Source: an uncultured Eubacteriales bacterium (GTDB lineage Bacteria; Bacillota; Clostridia; Oscillospirales; Acutalibacteraceae). From it: a DNA stretch of 64,000 nucleotides. Every line of letters begins with the position of its first letter. Position 1 is the stretch's first letter. Both the position numbers and the translations under genes were made by a program. Location: contig OMYO01000004.1 in NCBI GenBank assembly GCA_900315285.1, positions 3,000 through 66,999 of the forward strand, written 5' to 3'. Shown here in pieces: positions 28,149 through 37,082 of the stretch. The notes beneath the pieces are model-generated. The model worked only from the letters and a program-made list of their open reading frames with translations. It had not been told where the DNA came from and did not search any database.

Positions 28149-29267
28149 ATGAAAATGAATTTTGTCGTTCCCTGTCTCATGGGAGTCGAGTCCCTCATTG
28201 CCGCGGAACTTAAGGATATCGGTGCCGAAGATGTCCGGGCAGAAAATGCCCGCGTCCTCTTCTCAGGGGACGAACACATCTTAGCCCGCGCCAACCTCTG
28301 TCTCCGCGAAGCGGAACGGGTGCAGATCATTGTCGGAAGCTTCCGTGCCCTGACATTCGAGCAGCTGTTCCAGGGGGTCAAAGCACTGCCTTGGGAGAAC
28401 TGGATTGGCAAAAACGACGCGTTTCCCGTCAAAGGGTATTCACTGAACTCCAAGCTCTTCAGCACCCGTGACATCCAGGCCATCACCAAAAAGGCCATCG
28501 TGGAGCGCCTGAAGCAAAAGTATAAGGTGCCATGGTTCTCAGAATCCGGCGTTACCTATCAAATCCAGTTCTCCATCCTCAAGAATGAGGTCACAATGGT
28601 CATTGACACCACGGGTACGGGGCTTCATAAACGGGGATACCGTCTGCAGGCCAATGAGGCACCCATCAAGGAGACGCTTGCTGCTTCGCTCTGCTCCCTG
28701 GCCAGGGTGAGAAATTATCACACTCTCTATGACCCCATGTGCGGCTCAGGAACCATTCTTATAGAGGGTGCCATGAAGGCCCTCAATATGGCACCTGGTC
28801 TGCATCGCACCTTTGCCGCAGAATCCTTTCCGCAAATCCCCGCATCGGTCTGGTCCGAGGAGCGGACAAGGGCGGCCGACCTCATTGACTTCGACTGTTC
28901 CTTTGAGGCCTATGGAAGTGACATAGATCCTTCCTCCATTGAGATTGCACGCGAGAACGCCAGAAGAGCCGGCGTCGACACCCGGGTACACCTTGAGGTC
29001 GCGGACATCCGGAACTTTGAACGGAAAAGCGAGCGCGGCACCGTAATTTGCAACCCACCCTATGGCGAGCGCCTGCTGGAGGTCCAGGAGGCCGAGGAGC
29101 TCTATAAGATCATGGGCAGCAAGTTTCCGCAGGAACGCGGTTGGGCCTATTATGTCATCAGCTCGGACGAGGAGTTTGAAAAGCTCTTTGGAAGACGTGC
29201 TGATAAGCGCAGAAAGCTCTACAACGGCATGATCAAGTGCCAGTATTACATGTATTTTAAAAACTAA
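28149..29267 (+). CDS. THUMP-domain class I SAM-dependent RNA methyltransferase (RlmL/YpsC-like)
   Basis: SAM site DPMCGSGTILIEG; catalytic NPPYGERL. Confidence 0.85.
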   Translation: MKMNFVVPCLMGVESLIAAELKDIGAEDVRAENARVLFSGDEHILARANLCLREAERVQIIVGSFRALTFEQLFQGVKALPWENWIGKNDAFPVKGYSLNSKLFSTRDIQAITKKAIVERLKQKYKVPWFSESGVTYQIQFSILKNEVTMVIDTTGTGLHKRGYRLQANEAPIKETLAASLCSLARVRNYHTLYDPMCGSGTILIEGAMKALNMAPGLHRTFAAESFPQIPASVWSEERTRAADLIDFDCSFEAYGSDIDPSSIEIARENARRAGVDTRVHLEVADIRNFERKSERGTVICNPPYGERLLEVQEAEELYKIMGSKFPQERGWAYYVISSDEEFEKLFGRRADKRRKLYNGMIKCQYYMYFKN

Positions 29268-29337
29268 GTGAGACGTGGGAGCCCTGCAGAGGATCATGAT
29301 TTCTCTTTGCGGGGCTCTCCCTTATCCGGAGGAAAAC

Positions 29338-30708
29338 ATGGCAAACAAGATCAAATCCATCTTCGTCTGCAGCAACTGCGGCTACGAGAACCCCAAGTGG
29401 TATGGCAAATGCCCCCAGTGCGGGGAGTGGGACACCATGGAGGAGCGTACGACAGAGGCAAAGTCCGCTGCATCGCCCCACAAGACCAGAGTCTCTGGCC
29501 AGCTCTCCCATCCCATCAACGAGATCAAGACGGAGGGGGAGCACCGTTACCAGACCGGCATGGAGGAGTTCGACCGCGTGCTGGGCGGAGGGCTTGTAAA
29601 GGGCTCTGTGGTCCTTCTGAGCGGTGACCCGGGCATTGGCAAATCCACCATCCTTCTCCAGGTCTGCCAGACCCTGGCAAAAAGCCTGACCATTCTGTAT
29701 GCCTCCGGAGAGGAGTCCGCCCACCAGATCCGCCTTCGCGCGGACCGTCTCGGTGTGGACTCGGGGAATATCTATGTCATGAGCGAGAACGACGCCGAGA
29801 TCGTGACAGAGCAAATCCGCACCCAGAAACCCGACGTGGTCATTGTGGACTCCATCCAGACCATGACATTGTCGGAACTCACGTCATCTGCTGGTTCCAT
29901 TACACAGGTAAGAGAGTGCACCAACCTGTTTCTGCGGACGGCGAAGTCGCTGAATATCCCAACCATTATTGTCGGCCACGTGAACAAGGACGGAAATATT
30001 GCCGGTCCCAAGGTTCTGGAGCATATTGTAGACACGGTCCTCTATTTTGAAGGGGAGCGGAATCTGTCCTATCGGATTCTACGCGCGGTCAAGAACCGAT
30101 TCGGATCCACCAACGAGATCGGTGTTTTTGAGATGATAGACAAGGGGCTCCGGGAAGTCCAGAATCCCTCTGAGATGATGCTCGATGGACGCCCGGTAAA
30201 CTGCTCCGGCACCTGTGTTGCATGCACCATGGAGGGTCTGAGACCCATGATGGCGGAGGTACAAGCTCTCGTCACGACCACCGGGTTTGGAAACCCGAGG
30301 CGCATGAGTTCTGGGTATGACTATAACCGACTGAATGTCATCCTCGCTGTTTTGGAAAAACGGGGTGGATACTATTTCTCCAACATGGATGTCTATCTGA
30401 ATATCATTGGGGGAATCCGGCTATACGAGCCAGCAGCGGATCTTACCGTTGCCCTTGCCCTTGTCTCCAGCCTGAAGGATGAGGTGGTTCCTGAGGACGT
30501 CCTTGCTTTTGGAGAAATTGGACTGGCTGGTGAGATCCGGTCGGTGGGGTTCTGCGAGCAGAGAATAAAAGAGGCCATCCGGCTCGGATTCCACAAAATC
30601 ATCCTGCCAGCGGCCAATCTGAAATATATCTCCAAGGAAATGAGGAGCCAGGCCCAGATCATCGGCGTTCGGTATCTCTCTCAGGCATTCTCTGCGGTCT
30701 TTGGATAA
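29338..30708 (+). CDS. radA: DNA repair protein RadA
   Basis: Zn finger CSNCGYENPKWYGKCPQCGEW, Walker A GDPGIGKST, KNRFG motif, Lon-like C-terminus. ATG at 29338 follows GGAGGAAAAC. Confidence 0.95.
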   Translation: MANKIKSIFVCSNCGYENPKWYGKCPQCGEWDTMEERTTEAKSAASPHKTRVSGQLSHPINEIKTEGEHRYQTGMEEFDRVLGGGLVKGSVVLLSGDPGIGKSTILLQVCQTLAKSLTILYASGEESAHQIRLRADRLGVDSGNIYVMSENDAEIVTEQIRTQKPDVVIVDSIQTMTLSELTSSAGSITQVRECTNLFLRTAKSLNIPTIIVGHVNKDGNIAGPKVLEHIVDTVLYFEGERNLSYRILRAVKNRFGSTNEIGVFEMIDKGLREVQNPSEMMLDGRPVNCSGTCVACTMEGLRPMMAEVQALVTTTGFGNPRRMSSGYDYNRLNVILAVLEKRGGYYFSNMDVYLNIIGGIRLYEPAADLTVALALVSSLKDEVVPEDVLAFGEIGLAGEIRSVGFCEQRIKEAIRLGFHKIILPAANLKYISKEMRSQAQIIGVRYLSQAFSAVFG

Positions 30709-30724
30709 GGTAAGTATCTCAATT

Positions 30725-31417
30725 ATGAATGAAATGACAGAAGTGCTCTGTGGAACAGCTCCTGAGAGCGTCCACAGGGCGTTTTTTGAGAGAGGAATAA
30801 AGTTACGGGAAACAGGGGCATGTATGTGCCTGGAGGCTCCTGTGGCAGGTCACATTGACCTTATGACAGCTTTTCTTTGTGGGAAACAATATGCAGCGCG
30901 CCAGTCACCGGAATTACTTCAAAAACGGGCCGATAATATCATCGATGAGAATCTGGGAACCAAATATCCCCAGGATGTACCGCTCAGTGCAGAACAAATT
31001 GGAGATCGGTTCCTCTGCAACCGCAGAACAGTCGCTGAAATCCTCTTGCAGGATGCGGAAAAATCCGGTTTAAAAATCATCGACGTTGCCCAGGGGTATG
31101 TATCGTGCTCCCTCTGCAGGGCAGGGGAGAACGCTGTTATTACGGATGACCCGTCCATCGCCGATGCCTTGGAGCGGGATGGGAAAATTCAAGTCCTGAA
31201 AATAGAAAAAGGGGACATTCTGCTCCCGGGGTACGGTTATGGATTCATTGGCGGCGCAAGCGGATGGATTGGGGATACTCTGTATTTTTTCGGGGATATC
31301 CAGACCCATAGGGACGGGGAAAAGATACGTGAATTCTTAGAACGCCGTGGGATACATTATGAATGTTTGCTTCCGTCAAGGAAATTAATTGACATAGGAA
31401 GCATAATAAATGGCTAA
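30725..31417 (+). CDS. Conserved-looking hypothetical protein, function unknown
   Basis: About 230 aa, soluble. Segments GHIDLMTAF and GYGFIGGASGWIGDTLYFFGDI. Start is uncertain: TTG at 30701 overlaps the radA stop; ATG at 30725. Confidence 0.5.
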   Translation: MNEMTEVLCGTAPESVHRAFFERGIKLRETGACMCLEAPVAGHIDLMTAFLCGKQYAARQSPELLQKRADNIIDENLGTKYPQDVPLSAEQIGDRFLCNRRTVAEILLQDAEKSGLKIIDVAQGYVSCSLCRAGENAVITDDPSIADALERDGKIQVLKIEKGDILLPGYGYGFIGGASGWIGDTLYFFGDIQTHRDGEKIREFLERRGIHYECLLPSRKLIDIGSIING

Positions 31418-31510
31418 TCTACGTGCTGTAAAGGTAAATCTCAAATAATCAAAAGACGTTTCCTTTACAGTTGCAATGGATGACTTTTGGACTGTATGAG
31501 GTGTAAAGCA

Positions 31511-33181
31511 ATGGACTTTCGAGAAGAATACAACCATTGGCTGCAGAAGCTTTCGCCGGATAACCCAATGTATTCTGAGCTTTTCGCCATAAAGGATGAC
31601 AACTCCGAGATCACCGACCGGTTCTATCAGGATATTACATTTGGAACCGCCGGCCTTCGAGGAATCTGCGGTGCGGGAAGGAATCGGATGAACCCCCTGA
31701 CTGTAGGACGTGCTACACAGGGAATTGCCAATTTTTTAAACCACTCTGGAGAGGACACTTCCCAGGGAGTTGTAATTGCGTATGATTGCAGACACCATTC
31801 CAAGGAATTTTCTGAGCTTGCTGCCCGCATTCTCATGGGAAACGGCATTCCCGTATTCTTGTTCCCATCCCTGCGTCCCACACCAGAGCTGTCCTTTACC
31901 ATTCGGAAGCTTGGAACGCTCTCGGGCATCAACCTGACGGCAAGCCACAACCCAAAGGAATATAACGGCTATAAAGTCTATTGGAAAGATGGAGCCCAAA
32001 TATCGGGCAGTATTTCACAGGGAATGCAGCAGGAAATTATGGCATTAGACCTGTTTGATACTTTTCAAGAGATTTCACTGGAAGATGCTGAGAGGAAAGG
32101 TCTGCTTACAATACTCGGACAAGAAGTGGATCGCCAATATCTAGATTACGTGGAGTCGCTCTCTCTGCGGCCCAAAGAGGAACTAGACCTATCCATTCCA
32201 ATTGTCTACACTCCTTTGAACGGGGCTGGAAGCATTCCAGTAACTACTGTTCTCACTGAGATGGGTTACAGTGAAGTCCACGTTGTGGAGGAACAGAGAG
32301 ACCCAGATCCTGACTTTACCACCGTGGGTTACCCCAACCCAGAGGACCCAAAGGCATTTTCCTATTCGGAACGGCTCGGTAAAACGCTTGGCGCAGAAGT
32401 GCTTATTGCCACTGACCCGGACAGTGACCGTATGGCCATTGAGCTTCTGGAGCCAGACGGAGAATATCATTTTCTGAATGGGAATCAGACTGGCGGGCTG
32501 CTCATATCCTATCTCGCCATGAGCCGGCGGGAAAAGGGGAATATGCCTGAGAATCCTGTCATGATCAAGTCCATTGTGACCGGCGACTTTGGCCGTACTA
32601 TTTGCGAAGACTATGGCATCGCAGTAAAGGAGGCCCTAACCGGGTTCAAGAATATTTGCGGTCGAATACCGGAGCTCCAGAAGGAGGGATATCAATACTT
32701 CTTTGGTTATGAGGAGAGTATTGGATGCGCGCCTGGGGAAATGGTCCATGACAAAGATGGGATTGCTGCGTCGCTCCTCATTGCTGAAATGGCGGCATGG
32801 TACCGCAAAAGGGGTATGACACTCTATGAGGCGCTCCAGAACCTATTTCAGAAGTATGGATACTTTGCCGAGTCACAGGTCTCCCTAATTCGCAAGGGGG
32901 AGAAGGGGGCAGAGGAGATTTCCGCCATCATGGAAAAATTTCGAAATGGTGCCCCACAGCGTTTCGGGCAGAAAACCGACTACCGCAACGGCTTTGAAGA
33001 CATTCCCGCCTCCAATGTTCTGCGATTCACCATTGATGAATCCACCTGGTTTGCTGTCCGCCCATCTGGCACAGAACCTAAGCTGAAGCTCTATTTCTAC
33101 ACGAGAAAGCCCAACTCATCAGAGGCCAATAATACAATTTCTTCGCTGCAAGAGGATGTACTGAAATGGATCAATAAATAA
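31511..33181 (+). CDS. Phosphoglucomutase/phosphomannomutase (alpha-D-phosphohexomutase)
   Basis: Active-site loop TASHNPKEYNGYK; metal loop DPDSDR. ATG at 31511 follows GAGGTG. Confidence 0.9.
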   Translation: MDFREEYNHWLQKLSPDNPMYSELFAIKDDNSEITDRFYQDITFGTAGLRGICGAGRNRMNPLTVGRATQGIANFLNHSGEDTSQGVVIAYDCRHHSKEFSELAARILMGNGIPVFLFPSLRPTPELSFTIRKLGTLSGINLTASHNPKEYNGYKVYWKDGAQISGSISQGMQQEIMALDLFDTFQEISLEDAERKGLLTILGQEVDRQYLDYVESLSLRPKEELDLSIPIVYTPLNGAGSIPVTTVLTEMGYSEVHVVEEQRDPDPDFTTVGYPNPEDPKAFSYSERLGKTLGAEVLIATDPDSDRMAIELLEPDGEYHFLNGNQTGGLLISYLAMSRREKGNMPENPVMIKSIVTGDFGRTICEDYGIAVKEALTGFKNICGRIPELQKEGYQYFFGYEESIGCAPGEMVHDKDGIAASLLIAEMAAWYRKRGMTLYEALQNLFQKYGYFAESQVSLIRKGEKGAEEISAIMEKFRNGAPQRFGQKTDYRNGFEDIPASNVLRFTIDESTWFAVRPSGTEPKLKLYFYTRKPNSSEANNTISSLQEDVLKWINK

Positions 33182-33244
33182 AAAAGCATGGAAAAATCCC
33201 CCTGTCAGCAGAGCCGTTTGGTTCTGCCTCCAGAGGGATTTTCC
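33181..33244. terminator. Composite hairpin between convergent pgm and asnB genes
   Basis: Outer ggaaaaatcccc / ggggattttcc-like arms plus inner gcagagcc / ggttctgc stem. The T-run is on the minus-strand side. Confidence 0.55.
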
Positions 33245-33307
33245 CTATAACGTCAGATTGGAGGGAGCTGTCAAAATTTCAGGGCGCTTAAAATAATAAC
33301 GTATTGG

Positions 33308-34906
33308 TTATTCACCGCTTGCGCCATAGTTTGAGAGGTATCTGGCAGACGGGTCGTTGACATCACAGCCTGTCCAGTCCTTGTTGGGCATCCAGTAGTC
33401 CACGATCATGGAGGACTGTCCCGGATAATACTCCTCAAAGATTTCGCGGTAGAGGAGAGATTCTTTGGTAAACGGCTTCGGATTGTCGTAGAGTTTGACC
33501 TTTTCCTCAAACTCCTCATCCGTATAGACCGTCTCCGCATATTCCTTCAGGTCGTCCACCATGGAGTGACCGACGGCGTCGGAGAATGCAGCTTTTTCTC
33601 TCATCAGGATGGATTCCGGCAGGATATGATCCTCCTCAAAGGCCTTGCGGAGGAGATACTTGCCCTTTCCATAGGTATTCATTTTCTTCTTGGGGTCAAT
33701 GCTCATGACGTACTGGACAAAGTCCAGGTCGCCGAAGGGAACACGGGCCTCAAGGGAGTTAACGGAGATGCAGCGGTCAGCGCGGAGAACGTCGTACATA
33801 TGCAGTTCCTTGACACGCTTGACAGCCTCAGCCTGGAAGGCCTCGGGGCTTGGTGCGAAGTCGGTGTACTTGTAGCCGAAGATCTCGTCGCTGATTTCGC
33901 CAGTGAGAAGGACCTTGCGGTCAGTCTTCTCGTGGATCTGCTTACAGAGCAGATACATTCCCATGCTGGCACGGATGGTCGTGATATCATAGGTGCCGAG
34001 CATCTTGATAACTTCTGGGAGAGAGGAGATGACGTCCTCTTTCGTCATATAGTATTCATGGTGGTTCGAACCGATGTAGTCCGCCACCTGACGGGCATAT
34101 TTCAAGTCAATGGCGTCGGTGTCCATGCCGATGGCGAACGTCTCAATGGGTTCGTCGGTGCACTGTGCGGCAATGGCACATACAAGGGAGGAGTCCAATC
34201 CGCCGGAGAGCAGGAAGCCAACCGGTGCGTCGGAGTCCATACGCTTGTCCACGCCTTTTACAAGCTTGTCGTGGATGTTTTTATAGATGGCCGGGAGGTC
34301 GTCATAGCAGACTTCGTCCACCTCCGTGATGTCCCGGTATTCAATGAATTCGCCCTTGAAATAGTAGTGTCCGGGAGGGAAGGGCATGACCTTATCACAG
34401 AACCCGACAAGGTTTTTGGGCTCCGATGCAAAGCAGATGGCCCCATTCTCGTCATAACCATAGTAGAGGGGACGAATACCGATGGGGTCACGGGCGGCGA
34501 TGTACTCTCCGGTAGAACCGTCGAAGAGAATCATGGCAAACTCGGCGTCGAGTCTCTCAAACATTCCCGTTCCGTATTCATACCAGAGGGGGAGGAGCAG
34601 CTCACAGTCGGAGTCACTCTTGAATTTATAGCCCCTTTCGATAAGGTCATTTTTTATGGCGCGGAACCCGTAAATTTCACCGTTGCACACCACATAGTCC
34701 GTACTGCCGGACTCGTTCTGTCTTGTGAAAGGCTGCATGCCCTCCGGGGTAAGGCCCATAATGGCCAGGCGATGGAACCCCAGAAGACCTTTACCGGTCT
34801 CCATGATCCGCGACATGTCCGGTCCACGGGAAATGGTCTCGTCAAAACCTTTCTTCAAGGTTTCCAGTTCGACTACACTTCCTGTGTACCCAAAAATAGA
34901 ACACAT
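33308..34906 (-). CDS. asnB: Asparagine synthase (glutamine-hydrolysing)
   Basis: MCSIFGY (Ntn Cys2). PP-loop SGGLDSS. GAAGGAG RBS. Confidence 0.95.
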   Translation of the reverse strand: MCSIFGYTGSVVELETLKKGFDETISRGPDMSRIMETGKGLLGFHRLAIMGLTPEGMQPFTRQNESGSTDYVVCNGEIYGFRAIKNDLIERGYKFKSDSDCELLLPLWYEYGTGMFERLDAEFAMILFDGSTGEYIAARDPIGIRPLYYGYDENGAICFASEPKNLVGFCDKVMPFPPGHYYFKGEFIEYRDITEVDEVCYDDLPAIYKNIHDKLVKGVDKRMDSDAPVGFLLSGGLDSSLVCAIAAQCTDEPIETFAIGMDTDAIDLKYARQVADYIGSNHHEYYMTKEDVISSLPEVIKMLGTYDITTIRASMGMYLLCKQIHEKTDRKVLLTGEISDEIFGYKYTDFAPSPEAFQAEAVKRVKELHMYDVLRADRCISVNSLEARVPFGDLDFVQYVMSIDPKKKMNTYGKGKYLLRKAFEEDHILPESILMREKAAFSDAVGHSMVDDLKEYAETVYTDEEFEEKVKLYDNPKPFTKESLLYREIFEEYYPGQSSMIVDYWMPNKDWTGCDVNDPSARYLSNYGASGE

Positions 34907-34940
34907 TGATGAAAAACTCCTTCTTATTCGAATCTAACGT

Positions 34941-35002
34941 TATAAAAAAATAGAAGACAAAAGAGTTTGAACCAAAAAATAAGTTCAGACGCCTTTGTCT
35001 TC
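34941..35002 (-). terminator. Intrinsic terminator inside the asnB 5' leader (candidate attenuator)
   Basis: Minus strand: 20-position stem (GAAGACAAAGGCGTCTGAAC / GTTCAAACTCTTTTGTCTTC; 2 mismatches on the DNA, one more A-C in the minus-strand RNA where the plus-strand pair is T-G) followed by TATTTTTTTA. It sits between the promoter and the asnB RBS. Confidence 0.7.
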
Positions 35003-35010
35003 ACGCAAGT

Positions 35011-35040
35011 ATTATAGAGTTTCCTGTCGTATGTTGTCAA
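35011..35040 (-). promoter_or_regulatory. Consensus sigma-A promoter TTGACA-18-TATAAT reading toward asnB
   Basis: The reverse complement of 35035-35040 is TTGACA and of 35011-35016 is TATAAT. Confidence 0.65.
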
Positions 35041-35129
35041 GACACAGTTCCCGAAAAAACAAAATTGAAATAGGGGATATAAATATTGTATGATAATAAA
35101 AAGTTGTTTTATTAAAGGAGATCAGCCCC

Positions 35130-36338
35130 ATGTACAGCTCCCAAGACGTCCTGTCTTATGTTGAGGAGGAAAATGTCCGTTTCATACGGCTTGCCTTCGT
35201 CGACATTGATGGCACCCAGAAAAACATTGCCATCATGCCAAGCGAACTTCGGCGCGCCTTTACCGAAGGTTTTCCCTTTGACAGCGCCAATATCAACGGC
35301 TTCAGCAAATATGAGAAATCCAATCTGTTTCTCCATCCGGATCCGTCCACGCTCTCCGTACTTCCCTGGAGACCTTCCGACGGCCGTGTTGTCCGCATGT
35401 TCTGTAATGTGACTTATCCGGACGGCACGCCCTTTGAAGCGGACAGCCGCAGCATTCTCCAGAATGCCATCAAATACGCCACTGACAATGGCATTTCCTG
35501 CACGTTCGGAAACAACAGCGAATTCTATCTTTTCAAGACAGACGACGACGGGAACCCCACAAGAGAGCCCTTTGACCATGCCGGTTATCTCGACATTTCC
35601 CCGGCAGATAAAGGGGAGAACATCCGTAGAGAAATCTGCTTTACGCTCTCCGACATGGGCATTATTCCCCAGTCCTCTCACCACGAATCCGGCCCCGGTC
35701 AGCACGAGGTAGACTTTAAATATTCTGACCCACTAACCGCAGCAGAGAATTTTATCACGTTCAAGTCGGTAGTTCGTACGCTCTCCACAAGTGAGGGGCT
35801 GTATGCGGACTTCTCTCCAAAACCTTTAGAGAAGGAGAGCGGCAACGGCTGCCACATCAACATTACGGTAAAATCCTTTGACGGAACAGACCGCCTTATG
35901 TCCTTCATGGCAGGAGTCCTTTCCCATATTGAAGAACTGACGGCATTCCTGAACCCCACAGAGGAGTCCTACCACCGCTTTGGTGAGAAAAAGGCGCCCA
36001 TCTACATTACATGGTCCCCGGAAAATCGCCGTCAGCTCATCATGGTTCCGGCCACCACACCAGAGCGCAGACATATGAAGCTCCGTTCTCCAGACTCCGG
36101 CATGAACCCGTACATTGCCTATGCGCTCCTTATCTATGCCGGCATGGACGGTATTAAGAATAATATGGACCCCGGAGAGCCCACAAATATGAATCTCTCC
36201 GTCGAGGACACCTATCCGGGTAAAGACTATAAGAAACTGCCTCTTACCCTGAAAGATGCCGTCGCCTGCGCCAAGAACAGCACCTTTATCCGAGACATCC
36301 TCGGTGACAACTATTTAGACCTGATTCCGACCCTGTGA
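35130..36338 (+). CDS. glnA: Glutamine synthetase, type I family (short form)
   Basis: SHHESGPGQHEVDFKY, KPLEKESGNGCHIN, N-terminal beta-grasp VRFIRLAFVDIDGTQKN. 402 aa. Confidence 0.85.
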   Translation: MYSSQDVLSYVEEENVRFIRLAFVDIDGTQKNIAIMPSELRRAFTEGFPFDSANINGFSKYEKSNLFLHPDPSTLSVLPWRPSDGRVVRMFCNVTYPDGTPFEADSRSILQNAIKYATDNGISCTFGNNSEFYLFKTDDDGNPTREPFDHAGYLDISPADKGENIRREICFTLSDMGIIPQSSHHESGPGQHEVDFKYSDPLTAAENFITFKSVVRTLSTSEGLYADFSPKPLEKESGNGCHINITVKSFDGTDRLMSFMAGVLSHIEELTAFLNPTEESYHRFGEKKAPIYITWSPENRRQLIMVPATTPERRHMKLRSPDSGMNPYIAYALLIYAGMDGIKNNMDPGEPTNMNLSVEDTYPGKDYKKLPLTLKDAVACAKNSTFIRDILGDNYLDLIPTL

Positions 36339-36357
36339 CCCTGGAGATGAACCCGAT

Positions 36358-36945
36358 ATGATGAAGACCGATCAGCCTGCCAGTGTCATGGTGATCTCGC
36401 AGACCGACAAGCTCTATCAATTCTTAAAAAAGATACTTCCACAGGACCAGTTTTCACCAGTCATCTCCACAATCGGAGCAGGGGAGGCACAGCGCTACCT
36501 CATTAATAGAAGCGTTGACATTGTTGTAATCAATGCCCCGCTGAAAGACGCATCCAGTACAGATCTTGCCATAGATATTGCACAGCACAGCCGCTGCGGT
36601 GTACTGCTCATGGTAAAATCGGAGATCTATGACCAGGTCACGTACCGGGTAGAGGATTACGGTGTACTGACTTTGAGCCGGCCTTGTACCAGCAAGGATA
36701 TTTTCCAATCCATGAAACTGTTGCTGGCAACGCAGGCCCGTCTCAAAAAACTGGAGAAGAAGACCGCCAAACTCGAGGAGAAGATGGATGAAATCCGTCT
36801 TGTCAACCGCGCCAAAGGCCTGCTCATGGACAATCTGAAGATGACGGAGGCCGAGGCACACCGGTATATTGAGAAGGCTGCCATGGATAACTGTGAGAAA
36901 AAGTCCGTAATAGCAAAAAACATCATAAAAATTTACGGAAAATAA
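36358..36945 (+). CDS. ANTAR-domain antiterminator with a pseudo-receiver domain
   Basis: C-terminal ANTAR segment VNRAKGLLMDNLKMTEAEAHRYIEKAAMDNCEKKSVIAKNII preceded by a coiled coil. The receiver-like N-terminus has VDIVVINAPL, with Asn where the phospho-acceptor Asp is expected. Confidence 0.85.
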   Translation: MMKTDQPASVMVISQTDKLYQFLKKILPQDQFSPVISTIGAGEAQRYLINRSVDIVVINAPLKDASSTDLAIDIAQHSRCGVLLMVKSEIYDQVTYRVEDYGVLTLSRPCTSKDIFQSMKLLLATQARLKKLEKKTAKLEEKMDEIRLVNRAKGLLMDNLKMTEAEAHRYIEKAAMDNCEKKSVIAKNIIKIYGK

Positions 36946-36985
36946 TGGAATTATCTGACAGATTTGATTAAATCATTTTGAATAA

Positions 36986-37014
36986 TTGCTTTTTATGGCA
37001 AAATAGGCTATAAT
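36986..37014 (+). promoter_or_regulatory. Promoter TTGCTT-17-TATAAT
   Basis: TTGCTT at 36986-36991 and TATAAT at 37009-37014, upstream of the small surface-protein gene. Confidence 0.5.
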
Positions 37015-37082
37015 TACGTCGTACGTGGAAGTACCGCTTCCTTGTACTAGCTAAAAACATTAGAAAGAAAGGAAGAGTAACA

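Noticed and set aside
33566-34909. 447-aa plus-strand ORF opposite asnB. Similar long antisense ORFs lie opposite atpD (39076-40080), atpA (41136-42539), queA (48285-49274), asd (49488-50495), dapA (50447-51328) and the terminal SDR gene (63240-63875).
   Set aside because: All lie antisense to genes with unmistakable conserved motifs. Their translations are low-complexity (V/G/D/L-rich) and lack RBS context. This is a typical stop-poor antisense frame of GC-rich, codon-biased genes.
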